Shown here: positions 1-8,207 of the stretch, piece after piece
Layout of the letters: the number at the start of each line of letters is the position of its first letter
How positions within the stretch are numbered: position 1 is the stretch's first letter
From: an uncultured Candidatus Rokubacteria bacterium
GTDB taxonomy: Bacteria > Methylomirabilota > Methylomirabilia > Rokubacteriales > CSP1-6
Direction: 5' to 3'
DNA length: 64,000 nt
NCBI GenBank assembly: GCA_963840495.1
Contig: CAWIZN010000047.1
Span: 5,824-69,823, forward strand
The notes under the pieces: generated by a model
What the model saw: the letters and a program-made list of their open reading frames with translations, nothing else
Told to the model about the DNA's origin: nothing
The model's database searches: none
Made by a program: the position numbers and the translations under genes

Positions 1-2
1 GG

Positions 3-179
3 CTTCGCCGGGGAGACCTCGGCGCGGTGGTGGAAGTCTACGAGCCGGATGGGCTAGAGGTCGAGTTCGTCACCGCGTCCGGAAGGACTGCGGCCCTCCT
101 GACGCTGAGCGTCCACGATGTCCGTCCCGTAGCCGACGACGACTTGGTATCGACCAGACCCTGCCGCCGCTCGGCGTGA
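3..179 (+). CDS. C-terminal fragment of a DUF4926-like small protein (5' end lies off-window)
   Basis: Frame 3 reads ...GDLGAVVEVYEPDGLEVEFVTASGRTAALLTLSVHDVRP... and stops at TGA 177-179. The VV-x-VY-x-DG-x-x-EVEF-x-x-x-G pattern matches my recollection of DUF4926. It is absent from the ORF track because there is no start codon in the window. Confidence 0.4.
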   Translation, partial: LRRGDLGAVVEVYEPDGLEVEFVTASGRTAALLTLSVHDVRPVADDDLVSTRPCRRSA

Positions 180-266
180 AACCAACGGATAACATCGCGC
201 TGAAGCGGACCGCGGCTCGCATTCGCTCGACGCGGCCCATTACCGCGACCGGTCAAGAAGCAGCTT

Positions 267-809
267 ATGAGCGATGTCGAGATCGGATAGTTCATGATTT
301 CGCCAGGTGGACGGCCCTTTCCGCCCTCCGGTCGGATGCGCCTATCAAGTCGCGAGCGGACGTGTACCCGTTGCTGGATCGAGTCCGGTTTGGAGACGTG
401 CTGCTCGGATCAGAGCCCATCACGTCGGGCGCAGTTCGACGCCTGGCACCAAGCAGCCACTAAGTCTCTCTGCGTGCGCGACCCGCGCGTAGTGGTCGGT
501 TGGGGCACGAAGCTCATCAACGTGTACCTGAAGACCGCCGGATACGTCGGTGGGATGGGACGTCCGGGGCTCAAGGAGTCGCTTCATCCGCCGATCGATG
601 CCAGCCTACGGGACGGCTTGGGTAGGCGGTTTCGCGAACGGTCCGCGATCCTCGACGAGATCGACTGCGTCCGCCGCATCAAGGATATCCGCAACTATTC
701 CACATACCGGCGCATCATCAAGGGCTGCCGGATGGCGTCGGCAGAGCTCGGCTGCCTGCTCATCGAGGTGGAGCAGTTATGGTCGGGCTCAGCGACGCCG
801 GTGGTCTAA
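267..809 (+). CDS. hypothetical protein split over two frames (start uncertain)
   Basis: The ORF 176..463 frame (...DFARWTALSALRSDAPIKSRADVYPLLDRVRFGDVLLGSEPITSG) continues sensibly in the ORF 294..809 frame (AQFDAWHQAATKSL...VVVGWGTKLINVYLKTAGYVGGMGRPGLKESLHPPIDASL...IEVEQLWSG). The junction lies around 400-435. I recognise no family. Confidence 0.3.
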
Positions 810-819
810 CATCGGGGAC

Positions 820-1515
820 ATGGATAAGGACCACATCCTCGACGAGATCAGGCGGACTGCCAAGGAGAACAGCGGGTCTCCCCTGGGTCAAGCCTGTTTC
901 CAGCAACAAACTGGAATCACGCAGGCCGACTGGTTCGGCCGGCGCTGGGCCCGATGGGGCGACGCCCTGCGCGCGGCCGGGTTCTCGCCAAACAGCCTAC
1001 AGGGGCCGCACGCCGAAGAGCTGCTGCTGCAGCGACTCGCCCAGCTCATCAGGGAGCTTCGTCGGTTCCCCGGAGTTGGCGATCTGCGCTTGAAGCGACA
1101 CCAAGATCCGACATTCGCCAGCTACAACAGCTTGACTCGTTTCGGAGCAAAAAGACACCTCGTTGCCAGGGCCCTCGAATACTGTCGTAGCCGCGCGAGG
1201 TTCGACGATGTCGTCTCATCGGCTGCGGCCGACGGCTTCGAGATGAGTCGCTGCACGAGATCGACGGCTTCGTGTACCTCCTCAGGACAGGCCGATTTAT
1301 AAAGATCCGCAAGACAACGCGCACGGGCGCAGGGAGCGGGAACTCGCGATCCAGCTCCCGAGAAAGCGCGCTCCGTCCACGTGATCAGGACCGACGATCC
1401 GACGGGAATCGAAGCCTACTGGCATACGCGTTTAGCTGCGAAGCGGAGGCACGGCGAGTGGTTCGAACTCGATGCCGCGGACATAAGTGCCTTCAAGAGA
1501 CGAAAGTTCATGTGA
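820..1515 (+). pseudogene. decayed homing-endonuclease-like gene: HNH_repeat-type N-terminus plus T5orf172/GIY-YIG-like C-terminus, with at least 3 frame changes
   Basis: From ATG 820 the frame reads MDKDHILDEIRRTAKENSGSPLGQACFQQQTGITQADWFGRRWARWGDALRAAGF..., and a second similar repeat follows. Three further pieces lie in three different frames: [14 protein letters not shown], then [15 protein letters not shown], then [51 protein letters not shown], which stops at 1513-1515. Together they reconstitute a T5orf172-type domain. Confidence 0.6.
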
Positions 1516-1591
1516 TGAGCAGCCGAGCTGACCGCTGGCCATCATTCGCACGTCGCGGCTTCGCCGCGAGCGTTGGGCAGCAGGAGATTGC

Positions 1592-2260
1592 ATGACATTT
1601 CCGCGTGATCAGGTCTCAGAGTTGCTGGCTCGGGGCCATCGGAGATGCTGCGTCTGTCACCGCTTTTGCGGTGTAAAGATCGAAACCGACCACATCAAGC
1701 CGAAGGAACAGGGTGGCGAAGATAGCATCGAGAACGCAATTCCCGTGTGCTTCGAATGTCACGCCGAGATCCATAGCTACAACGAGAAGCACCGACGCGG
1801 TCGCAAGTTCCTTCCCGAAGAACTCCGCCTTCACCGCGACCAATGGCTGAAGGTCTGCGCAGACCGCCCGGATGTCCTTGTATCGGCAACTCGGACTTCC
1901 GATGTCGGTCCACTTCAGGCATTGATCGACGAACTTGAGTTCAATGCCAAGGTGGCGGCGAAGGCAGATTCAATGGACCAGGGGTGCACATTCCACGACC
2001 GACAATTCTTGCGCGCAATCCACGAAGATTCGATTGCGATTCTCCGAGAGGAGATCAAGGATGCGGTCACGGAAGCTTACGTGGCCATGGGCGCCGCGAA
2101 TCGCCTGATCGAAACGGCCTGGACCCATCCGACGGGTTCCAAGCGGTGGGCAGATGGGGTCAACGAGGCGCGAGACAGGATCGTGGCTTCGCGTCCGAAG
2201 ATCGAAGGTGCGAAGACTGAGCTACTCAAGTTTCTGGCGAAGGAGACTGGCGCTGCCTAA
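1592..2260 (+). CDS. HNH endonuclease with a ~130-aa helical C-terminal extension
   Basis: Intact 222-aa ORF. The HNH/zinc motif is CCVCHRFCGVKIETDHIKPKEQGGEDSIENAIPVCFECHAEIH. A GGAG lies upstream of the ATG. Two 60-nt samples I counted inside it are 50-53 % G+C, against 73 % in trxB. Confidence 0.8.
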   Translation: MTFPRDQVSELLARGHRRCCVCHRFCGVKIETDHIKPKEQGGEDSIENAIPVCFECHAEIHSYNEKHRRGRKFLPEELRLHRDQWLKVCADRPDVLVSATRTSDVGPLQALIDELEFNAKVAAKADSMDQGCTFHDRQFLRAIHEDSIAILREEIKDAVTEAYVAMGAANRLIETAWTHPTGSKRWADGVNEARDRIVASRPKIEGAKTELLKFLAKETGAA

Positions 2261-2262
2261 CT

Positions 2263-2478
2263 ATGAAGAAGCGCAGGATGGGCAAGATCGAGGACCTCGA
2301 ACAGCAGGTGCAAGCTCTCTCGCTGGACGAACTGGCTCGGTTTCGTACGTGGTTCCTCGAGTTCGCTTGGGCCGCCTGGGACCAGCAGATCGAACGCGAC
2401 GTTCGGGCTGGCCGACTCGACGACCTAGCGGACAAGGCTCTCCGCGACCACGCATCCGGGAAGACACAGCTTCTTTGA
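2263..2478 (+). CDS. small (71 aa) helical protein, antitoxin/addiction-module-like, 2 nt after the HNH stop
   Basis: ORF MKKRRMGKIEDLEQQVQALSLDELARFRTWFLEFAWAAWDQQIERDVRAGRLDDLADKALRDHASGKTQLL. It is tightly coupled to the preceding gene. The family is not securely recognised. Confidence 0.5.
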   Translation: MKKRRMGKIEDLEQQVQALSLDELARFRTWFLEFAWAAWDQQIERDVRAGRLDDLADKALRDHASGKTQLL

Positions 2479-2605
2479 CTCACCGGTCCTCTCCAGTCCC
2501 GGCCGGCGGGGGTGTGAGTGATCTACTTCATGCGGGATTGCCGTTTGGGAAGTACGTAAGTCGAGAGGACGAAGTGGATCTCCTCCTTGCGCAGTCCCGT
2601 CGCCG

Positions 2606-3548
2606 TCAGTGCCCGGAGTGGTGGGCCTCCAGGTAGCGCTCCGCTTCGAGGGCCGCCATGCAGCCCGTGCCCGCCGCCGTCACGGCCTGGCGATAGGTGA
2701 AGTCCTGCACGTCCCCTGAGGCGAAGACACCGGGCACCGAGGTCTGCGTGGTGCCGGGCGCCACCTTGATGTACTCGTTCGGGTGCAGCTCGATCTGCCC
2801 CTTGAAGAGGCCCGTGTTCGGCTGGTGCCCGATGGCCACGAAGAGGCCGTCCACCGCGGTCTCCCACTGGGCGCCCGTCTTGAGGTTCCGGAGCCGCACC
2901 GCCGTGACCTTGCCCTGGGCCGGGTCCAGCACATCGTCCACGACGGTGTCCCAGGTGAAGGAGATCTTCGGGTTCTTGAGCGCGCGGTCCTGCATGATCT
3001 TGGACGCGCGCAGGGTGTCGCGCCGGTGGACCACCTCGACTTTGCGGCCGAGGCGCGACAGGTAGAGCGCCTCCTCCATCGCGGCGTCACCGCCCCCCAC
3101 GACCATGATGTCCTGGTCCTTGAAGAAGAAGCCGTCGCACGTGGCGCAGGTCGACACCCCGCGGCCCATGAGCTCGGATTCCCCGGCGACGCCGATGAGC
3201 TTCGCGGTGGCGCCGGTCGCGATGATGACGGTATGCGCTTCGAGCGTCGTGTCGTCCGCAGCTGACCGTGAACGGGCGCCGGCTGAAGTCCACCTTGGTC
3301 ACGTCCTGCGCGTACATCTCGGTGCCGAAGCGCCGCGCCTGCTTCTCGAAGCTCTCCATCAGCGGCGGCCCGTCGATGCCGTCGACGAAGCCGGGGTAGT
3401 TCTCGACCAGCGTGGTCAGCATGAGCTGCCCGCCCGACAGCAGGCCGGTGAACATGACCGGCGAGAGGTTGGCGCGGGCGGCGTAGATCGCCGCGGTGTA
3501 GCCCGCGGGGCCGGAGCCGATGATGATCACTTTGCGCGTCGTCGCCAC
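2606..3548 (-). CDS. trxB: thioredoxin-disulfide reductase (one indel near 3260)
   Basis: The N-terminal ORF 3087..3548 carries [23 protein letters not shown]. The C-terminal ORF 2606..3169 carries [15 protein letters not shown]...[15 protein letters not shown]...GVFASGDV. The frames join at ...FTVS|[17 protein letters not shown]. Confidence 0.9.
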
Positions 3549-3595
3549 GATGAGCCTCCTTGGAAAATGCCTACCTATGTGATGCGCGCCGGGCC

Positions 3596-4346
3596 CTATG
3601 AGATGCCGAGGATGGGCCCGAGCTCGGCCAGGTCGCGAATCTCGTAGTCGGGCGGCTGGACGTCAGGGGGCAGCGCCGTCCGCTCGGGGTTGATCCAGGC
3701 CGATCCCATGCCCACGCCCTGCGCACCCGCCACGTCGATGTCGATGCGGTCCCCCACGAACAGCGCGTCCGCGGCGTCGAGCCCGAGCCGCGCCGAGGGC
3801 CAGCTCGAAGATGAGCGGCTTGGGCTTGCGCCAGCCGACCTCGTCGGACACGACGATGGTCTCGAAGAGGCCCGCGATGCCCTCGCGCTCGAGCACGCCC
3901 ATGGCCGTCGGCGTGTAGTCGAAGTTCGACACCACGGCCAGGCGGTAGCGCGGCTGGAGCGAGCGCAGGAGCGGGCCGTGATGGGGCGGGAAGACGATGG
4001 CCTTCGACAGCTCCCGCATGTGCGTGGCGAGGAGCGTCGGCATGGCGTCGGCGTCGAGCTTCGCCGGATCGAAGCCGAGGCGCCGGACGAGCATGGCGAG
4101 GCGCTCGGGCGCCGCCACCTCGCGGTAGTCCTCGTTCCGGAGCCGCTCGGCCTCCTGCCAGCTCCACATGAGGCCGTCGACGAACTCGCCGAGATCGATC
4201 CCGGGGGCGAAGGGATGGAAGGCCTCGTAGAGCTTCCCCGCGGTGGAGCGGACGACTTTGCCCTTGATCGTCAGCTCGGGCAGCCGCGTCCGGTCGAAGG
4301 CCACGAGCGTGTCGAAGAGGTCGAAGAGCACCGCGCGGTAGGTCAC
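3596..4346 (-). CDS. HAD-superfamily hydrolase (one indel near 3785-3795)
   Basis: Starts at a GTG that overlaps the upstream stop (GTGA). Motif I is [10 protein letters not shown], and ...[13 protein letters not shown] follows. After the shift a third frame gives ...[29 protein letters not shown]...GIS and stops at 3596-3598. Confidence 0.75.
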
Positions 4347-4747
4347 GGGAGCGGCTTCCTCTGCGCAAAGCCCTCGTCGAATCGGTGCCAGAAGCGCACC
4401 GCGGTCTCCCCGTGCTTCCAGCACAGGTTGACCGTCTCGCCCCCGACGCGGCCCGGGAAATCGACCAGCCCCGTCTCGATGTCCTTGGTCGTGCCGCCGA
4501 GGGAGGCGATCTCCTCGAGGGCCGCGCGCACCTCGATGCTGAGCCCGTCCAGCCGCTCGGCCTTGGCCTTCCAGTCGCGCTGGTCGATCCGCCCGCCGCC
4601 GGACGCCCGGATGCGCTCCTGCTCCTCGTGGAGATGCTGCTGGAGCGCCGTCGCCTGATGGTGGTGGTCCATGGCGCGCCCGACGATGTCGGCCAGCCGG
4701 GGGATCAGCTCGTCGACCTCGTCCGGGGTGAACAGGCGGTCGCTCAT
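4343..4747 (-). CDS. DUF2203-family protein
   Basis: 134 aa starting MSDRLFTPDEVDELIPRLADIV... and containing ...GGTTKDIETGLVDFPG...VNLCWKHGE. Its ATG overlaps the lutC stop (ATGA). Confidence 0.65.
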   Translation of the reverse strand: MSDRLFTPDEVDELIPRLADIVGRAMDHHHQATALQQHLHEEQERIRASGGGRIDQRDWKAKAERLDGLSIEVRAALEEIASLGGTTKDIETGLVDFPGRVGGETVNLCWKHGETAVRFWHRFDEGFAQRKPLP

Positions 4748-5498
4748 GCCGGCCCCTCCGCGCCCAGCGGCTCGTCCACGAACACGGCGTGCACTTCCTT
4801 CGGTCCGTGCACGCCGCGCGTCAGCGTCAGCTCGATGTCGGCGGTGCGCGAAGGCCCGGTGATGAAGTTGATGACGGCCCCGCTCATCGTGCGGGCGGGG
4901 TCGACGTGAAGGGCCTCCAGCATGATCCCCGACCTGCTCGAGCGACTCGATCAGGCGCCGCCGGTCGAAGACGGCCACGTGGGTGGCGGGCAGGAGCGAG
5001 GTCGACCTGGGCCGCCCCGCGCCGGAGAGCAGGATCATCGTCCCCGTCTCGGCGAGGGCGAAGTCCACGCCCGTGACCCCGAGATCGGCGCGGGCCGCCT
5101 CGGCGCGATGGCGAAGGCGCGCCGCCTCGCCATTGTCTCCCGGAGCCACCGTCCCGACCGCGAGCCCCGCGGCGGCGAGCGCCGGGCGGAGGTCGAGCCC
5201 GAGCATCGCCGCGTCCCATGCCACCACTTCCCTCGCCGACTTCTCGCGCGCGATGGCGAGCACGACGGCGGGCACCTCGGCGACCGTCTTCACCCGGTGG
5301 AACACCCCGGCCACCTGCTCGAATTCCTGGCGAAAGCGCTCGAGGGCCTCCGGCCAGCGCTCGGCCATCTGCCGCCGCACGGCCTGCGCGGCCTCCGCCG
5401 GTCGCGGCGGGCGGGTCCGCGGTCTGCGCCTCGAAGCGGCCCGGCGTCTTGGCGACCTCCGCCCGGATCCGGCCGAGAAAGTCCGCGCGCGTGGCCAT
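4744..5498 (-). CDS. lutC: lactate utilisation protein C / LUD-domain protein (indels near 5400 and 4925)
   Basis: Three pieces in three frames: MATRADFLGRIRAEV..., then ...ERWPEALERFRQEFEQVAGVFHRV...DFALAETGTMILLSGAGRPRSTSLLPATHVAVF..., then ...INFITGPSRTADIELTLTRGVHGPKEVHAVFV. Its ATG overlaps the lutB stop. Confidence 0.75.
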
Positions 5499-6907
5499 CA
5501 CGCCAGATCCTTCCAGCGCTCGCGGAAGGTCCGCGCGGCGATGGGCGGCAGGTCGCGGGTGGCCGTCCACTTCCCGAAGAAGAGCGGCAGGCTCCGCAGC
5601 TTCCCGTTCCGCACGAACGGCTTCTGCGCCAGGCGCCCGATCCGGGCCGACAGCTTGAACGCCGTCTCGGACATGAGGAGGCGCCGGAACGCCTTGAAGA
5701 CGAGCCGCTCGGACGCGGGCGCGATCTTCTCGCGGTCGAGGCTCTCGCGCAGCTCCACGAGCATCCGCGGGATGTCGATCCGGACGGGACAGACGTCCTT
5801 GCAGGCCCCGCACAGCGTCGAGGCATGGGCGAGATCCTTCACCGACCGATCGCCCTTGAGCATCGCGGTGAGGAGGATCCCGATGGGCCCCGGATACGTG
5901 TGGCCATACGCGTGGCCGCCGATCTGGCGGTAGACCGGGCAGACATTGAGGCAGGCGCCGCAGCGCAGGCAGTACAGCGCCTCCCGCAGCGGGCCCGCGA
6001 TCTGCCGGGCGCGGCCGCCGTCCATCAGGATCATGTGGAACTCGTCGGGCCCCTCGAGCTCGCCGGCCTGGCGCGGCCCGCGCACCAGCGTCGTGTAGGA
6101 CGACAGCTTCTGCCCCGTGGCGCTCCGGGCCAGCAGCGCGAGGAAGACCATGAGGTCGGTCATCGACGGGATGACCTTCTCGATGCCCATGACCGCGACG
6201 TGGATCCGCGGCAGCGTCGTCACCATGCGGCCATTGCCCTCGTTCGTGACGAGGACCACGGTGCCCGTCTCGGCCACGGCGAAGTTGGCGCCCGTGATGC
6301 CCATGTCGGCCTGGAGAAACTTCTCGCGGAGCAGGACGCGCGCCGCCGCCGTCAACACCTCGGGGTCGGCGGCAAGCTGCTTCCCCGCCACCGCCGAGAT
6401 CAGCTCGGCGACCTGGCCCTTCGTCTTGTGGATGGCGGGCGCGATGATGTGGGACGGCCGCTCGTGGGCGAGCTGGATGATGTACTCGCCGAGGTCGGTC
6501 TCGACCGGCGTCACCCCGGCGTGCTCGAGCGCCTCGTTCAGGTCGATCTCTTCCGTCGCCATCGACTTGGACTTGACGGCCATGCGCACGCCCTTGTCCC
6601 GGCAGAGCTTGAGGACGATCTCGCGCGCGTCTTCCGCCGTGTCCGCCCAGTGCACGTGCCCGCCGAGCCGCTCGATATTGTCGGCGAGCTGCCCCAGGTG
6701 GACGTCGAGGCGCTGGAGCGTGGCCTCCTTGATGGCGCGCGCCTGGTCGCGCAGGGCGTCGCCCTGGGGGAAGCCCTCGAAGGCCTCGCGGCGGAGGCCG
6801 ATGAACTTCGTGGTGGCGATGCCGAGGGCTTCCTGCAGGAACGTGTCGCGGAGCGCGTTGCCCGCGCGCTCGGAAAACGGCGTCGCCAGCCCCGCCTCGC
6901 CGCTCAT
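5498..6907 (-). CDS. lutB: lactate utilisation iron-sulfur protein LutB/YkgF
   Basis: This is the in-frame 469-aa C-terminal part of ORF 5498..7849, from MSGEAGLATPF.... It has two ferredoxin-type motifs, CLRCGACLNVCPVY and CGACKDVCPV. Its ATG overlaps the lutA stop. Confidence 0.9.
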   Translation of the reverse strand: MSGEAGLATPFSERAGNALRDTFLQEALGIATTKFIGLRREAFEGFPQGDALRDQARAIKEATLQRLDVHLGQLADNIERLGGHVHWADTAEDAREIVLKLCRDKGVRMAVKSKSMATEEIDLNEALEHAGVTPVETDLGEYIIQLAHERPSHIIAPAIHKTKGQVAELISAVAGKQLAADPEVLTAAARVLLREKFLQADMGITGANFAVAETGTVVLVTNEGNGRMVTTLPRIHVAVMGIEKVIPSMTDLMVFLALLARSATGQKLSSYTTLVRGPRQAGELEGPDEFHMILMDGGRARQIAGPLREALYCLRCGACLNVCPVYRQIGGHAYGHTYPGPIGILLTAMLKGDRSVKDLAHASTLCGACKDVCPVRIDIPRMLVELRESLDREKIAPASERLVFKAFRRLLMSETAFKLSARIGRLAQKPFVRNGKLRSLPLFFGKWTATRDLPPIAARTFRERWKDLA

Positions 6908-7645
6908 GCGCCGTCTCCGGCCAGCACCTGGGCGAGGTGCAGCGCGCGCACGCGCGAGTTGCGGCGCGACAGTCCTCCGCTCATCTGCATGAGGCACCCG
7001 CCGTCGCAGGCCACGAGGCAATCGGCGCCGGTCTTCTCGACGTTGTCGAGCTTCTTGCCGAGGATGGCCGTCGAGACCTCGGGCAGTCGCACGGAGAACG
7101 ATCCGCCGAAGCCGCAGCACTCGTCCGCCCCGGGCAGCTCCACCAGCTCCACGCCCTCGACGCCCTGCAACAGGAGCGCGCGGCGAGCGCGACTCGCCGA
7201 GCCCGCGCAGGAGATGGCAGGAGTCATGGTAGGTGACCTTCCCGCGAAAGCTCGATTCGACGGCGCGCACGCCGAGCACCTCGACGAGGAACTGGGACAG
7301 CTCGCGCGTCCGCGACGCGAGCGCCCGCGCCGCCGTCGCGCGCCGGGGATCGTCCTTCAGGAGCCCGGGGTACTCCTCCTTGACCATCCACGCGCAGGAG
7401 CCCGACGGCACGACGACGTGCTCGGAGCGCGCGAAGAGATCGACGGTGCGCGCCGCCACCTGCGCCGCCTCGCCGTGATAGCCCGAGTTGAAGAGCGGCA
7501 TGCCGCAGCACGTCTGGCCATCCGGGAAGTCGACGGTGACGCCGAGCCGGCGCAGGAGCTTCACCATGGCCACGCCGACCTCGGGAAAGAACATGTCCCC
7601 GAGGCAGGTGATCATGAGCGAGGCGTTCACGCGGCTAGCCCGCAT
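6904..7645 (-). CDS. lutA: lactate utilisation protein LutA/YkgE, CCG-domain Fe-S oxidoreductase (indel near 7170)
   Basis: The N-terminus reads ...LMITCLGDMFFPEVG...QTCCGMP...VTYHDSCHLLRGLG. The C-terminus lies in ORF 6904..7227 and reads ...ADECCGFGGSFSV...ACDGGCLMQM. Confidence 0.85.
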
Positions 7646-7675
7646 GACCGCGAACGGACCACGCGCGAGGCGGAC

Positions 7676-7824
7676 GGGGGACGCGGCGGGGGCCGGGGGA
7701 TGGGTCCTGACCACCGCCGACTTCGTACCGGTCACCCGGAGCCGTTCCCACTCCTTGGCCGCTGTGTCGTCGTCTCGCGGGCGGGAAGGGTCTGCGGACC
7801 CATCCCCGCCCCCGCCGCGTCCCC
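7676..7824. repeat. long inverted repeat: ~30-nt arms around an 88-nt spacer
   Basis: The left arm GGGGGACGCGGCGGGGGCCGGGGGATGGGTCC (7676-7707) pairs with the right arm GGACCCATCCCCGCCCCCGCCGCGTCCCC (7796-7824) apart from two 1-nt bulges. It lies in the cupin-lutA intergenic region. Confidence 0.7.
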
Positions 7825-7861
7825 GCCCGGTCACGCCATGCGCGTTCACGGATCATGCTGG

Positions 7862-8194
7862 CTAGCCGCTCTTGGCGTGAGGTGGAGGCGGGGTCACCAC
7901 TACCAGCACCAGCAGCGGCTCGGTTCCGTCATTGGCCAGCCCGTGATCGATCCCCGCCGGCGCCACGAGGGCGTCGCCGGCGGTGAGCCGCTCCTGCTTT
8001 CCGCCGAGCTCGAAGCGGCCCTTGCCCTCGAGGACGTAGTAGATCTTGTCCTGGTCTTCGTGGCGGTGCGGCTTCTGCTGCTGGCCGGGGCCTACGCAAT
8101 AGAGATCGAGCTGGGCTCGGTCCGTCGTGGCGAGCGCGATCTTCGCCATCTTGTCGAGCGAGAACTTTGCGTGCTCCTTGACCGCAATCTTCAT
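7862..8194 (-). CDS. cupin-domain protein
   Basis: MKIAVKEH...PGQQQKPHRHEDQDKIYYVLEGKG...APAGIDHG (cupin motifs 1 and 2). GAGGAG lies 9 nt upstream of ATG 8194, and the gene starts 13 nt after the glcF stop. Confidence 0.75.
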   Translation of the reverse strand: MKIAVKEHAKFSLDKMAKIALATTDRAQLDLYCVGPGQQQKPHRHEDQDKIYYVLEGKGRFELGGKQERLTAGDALVAPAGIDHGLANDGTEPLLVLVVVTPPPPHAKSG

Positions 8195-8207
8195 GGACGG
8201 CTGCTCC

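Noticed and set aside
2479-2605. A possible remnant of a RelE/ParE-type toxin after the 71-aa antitoxin-like ORF (frame reading ...[21 protein letters not shown]).
   Set aside because: Only about 40 codons are available, there is no start codon, and the resemblance to toxin C-termini is weak. I cannot support it from sequence alone.
5498-7849. An apparent 783-aa LutA-LutB fusion. ORF 8208..10160 likewise looks like a 650-aa GlcE-GlcF fusion.
   Set aside because: The fused appearance comes from indels that let an out-of-frame stretch read through. The junction segments are R/G-rich nonsense. Proper LutA and GlcE C-termini exist in other frames, and the downstream genes have their own ATGs overlapping the true upstream stops.
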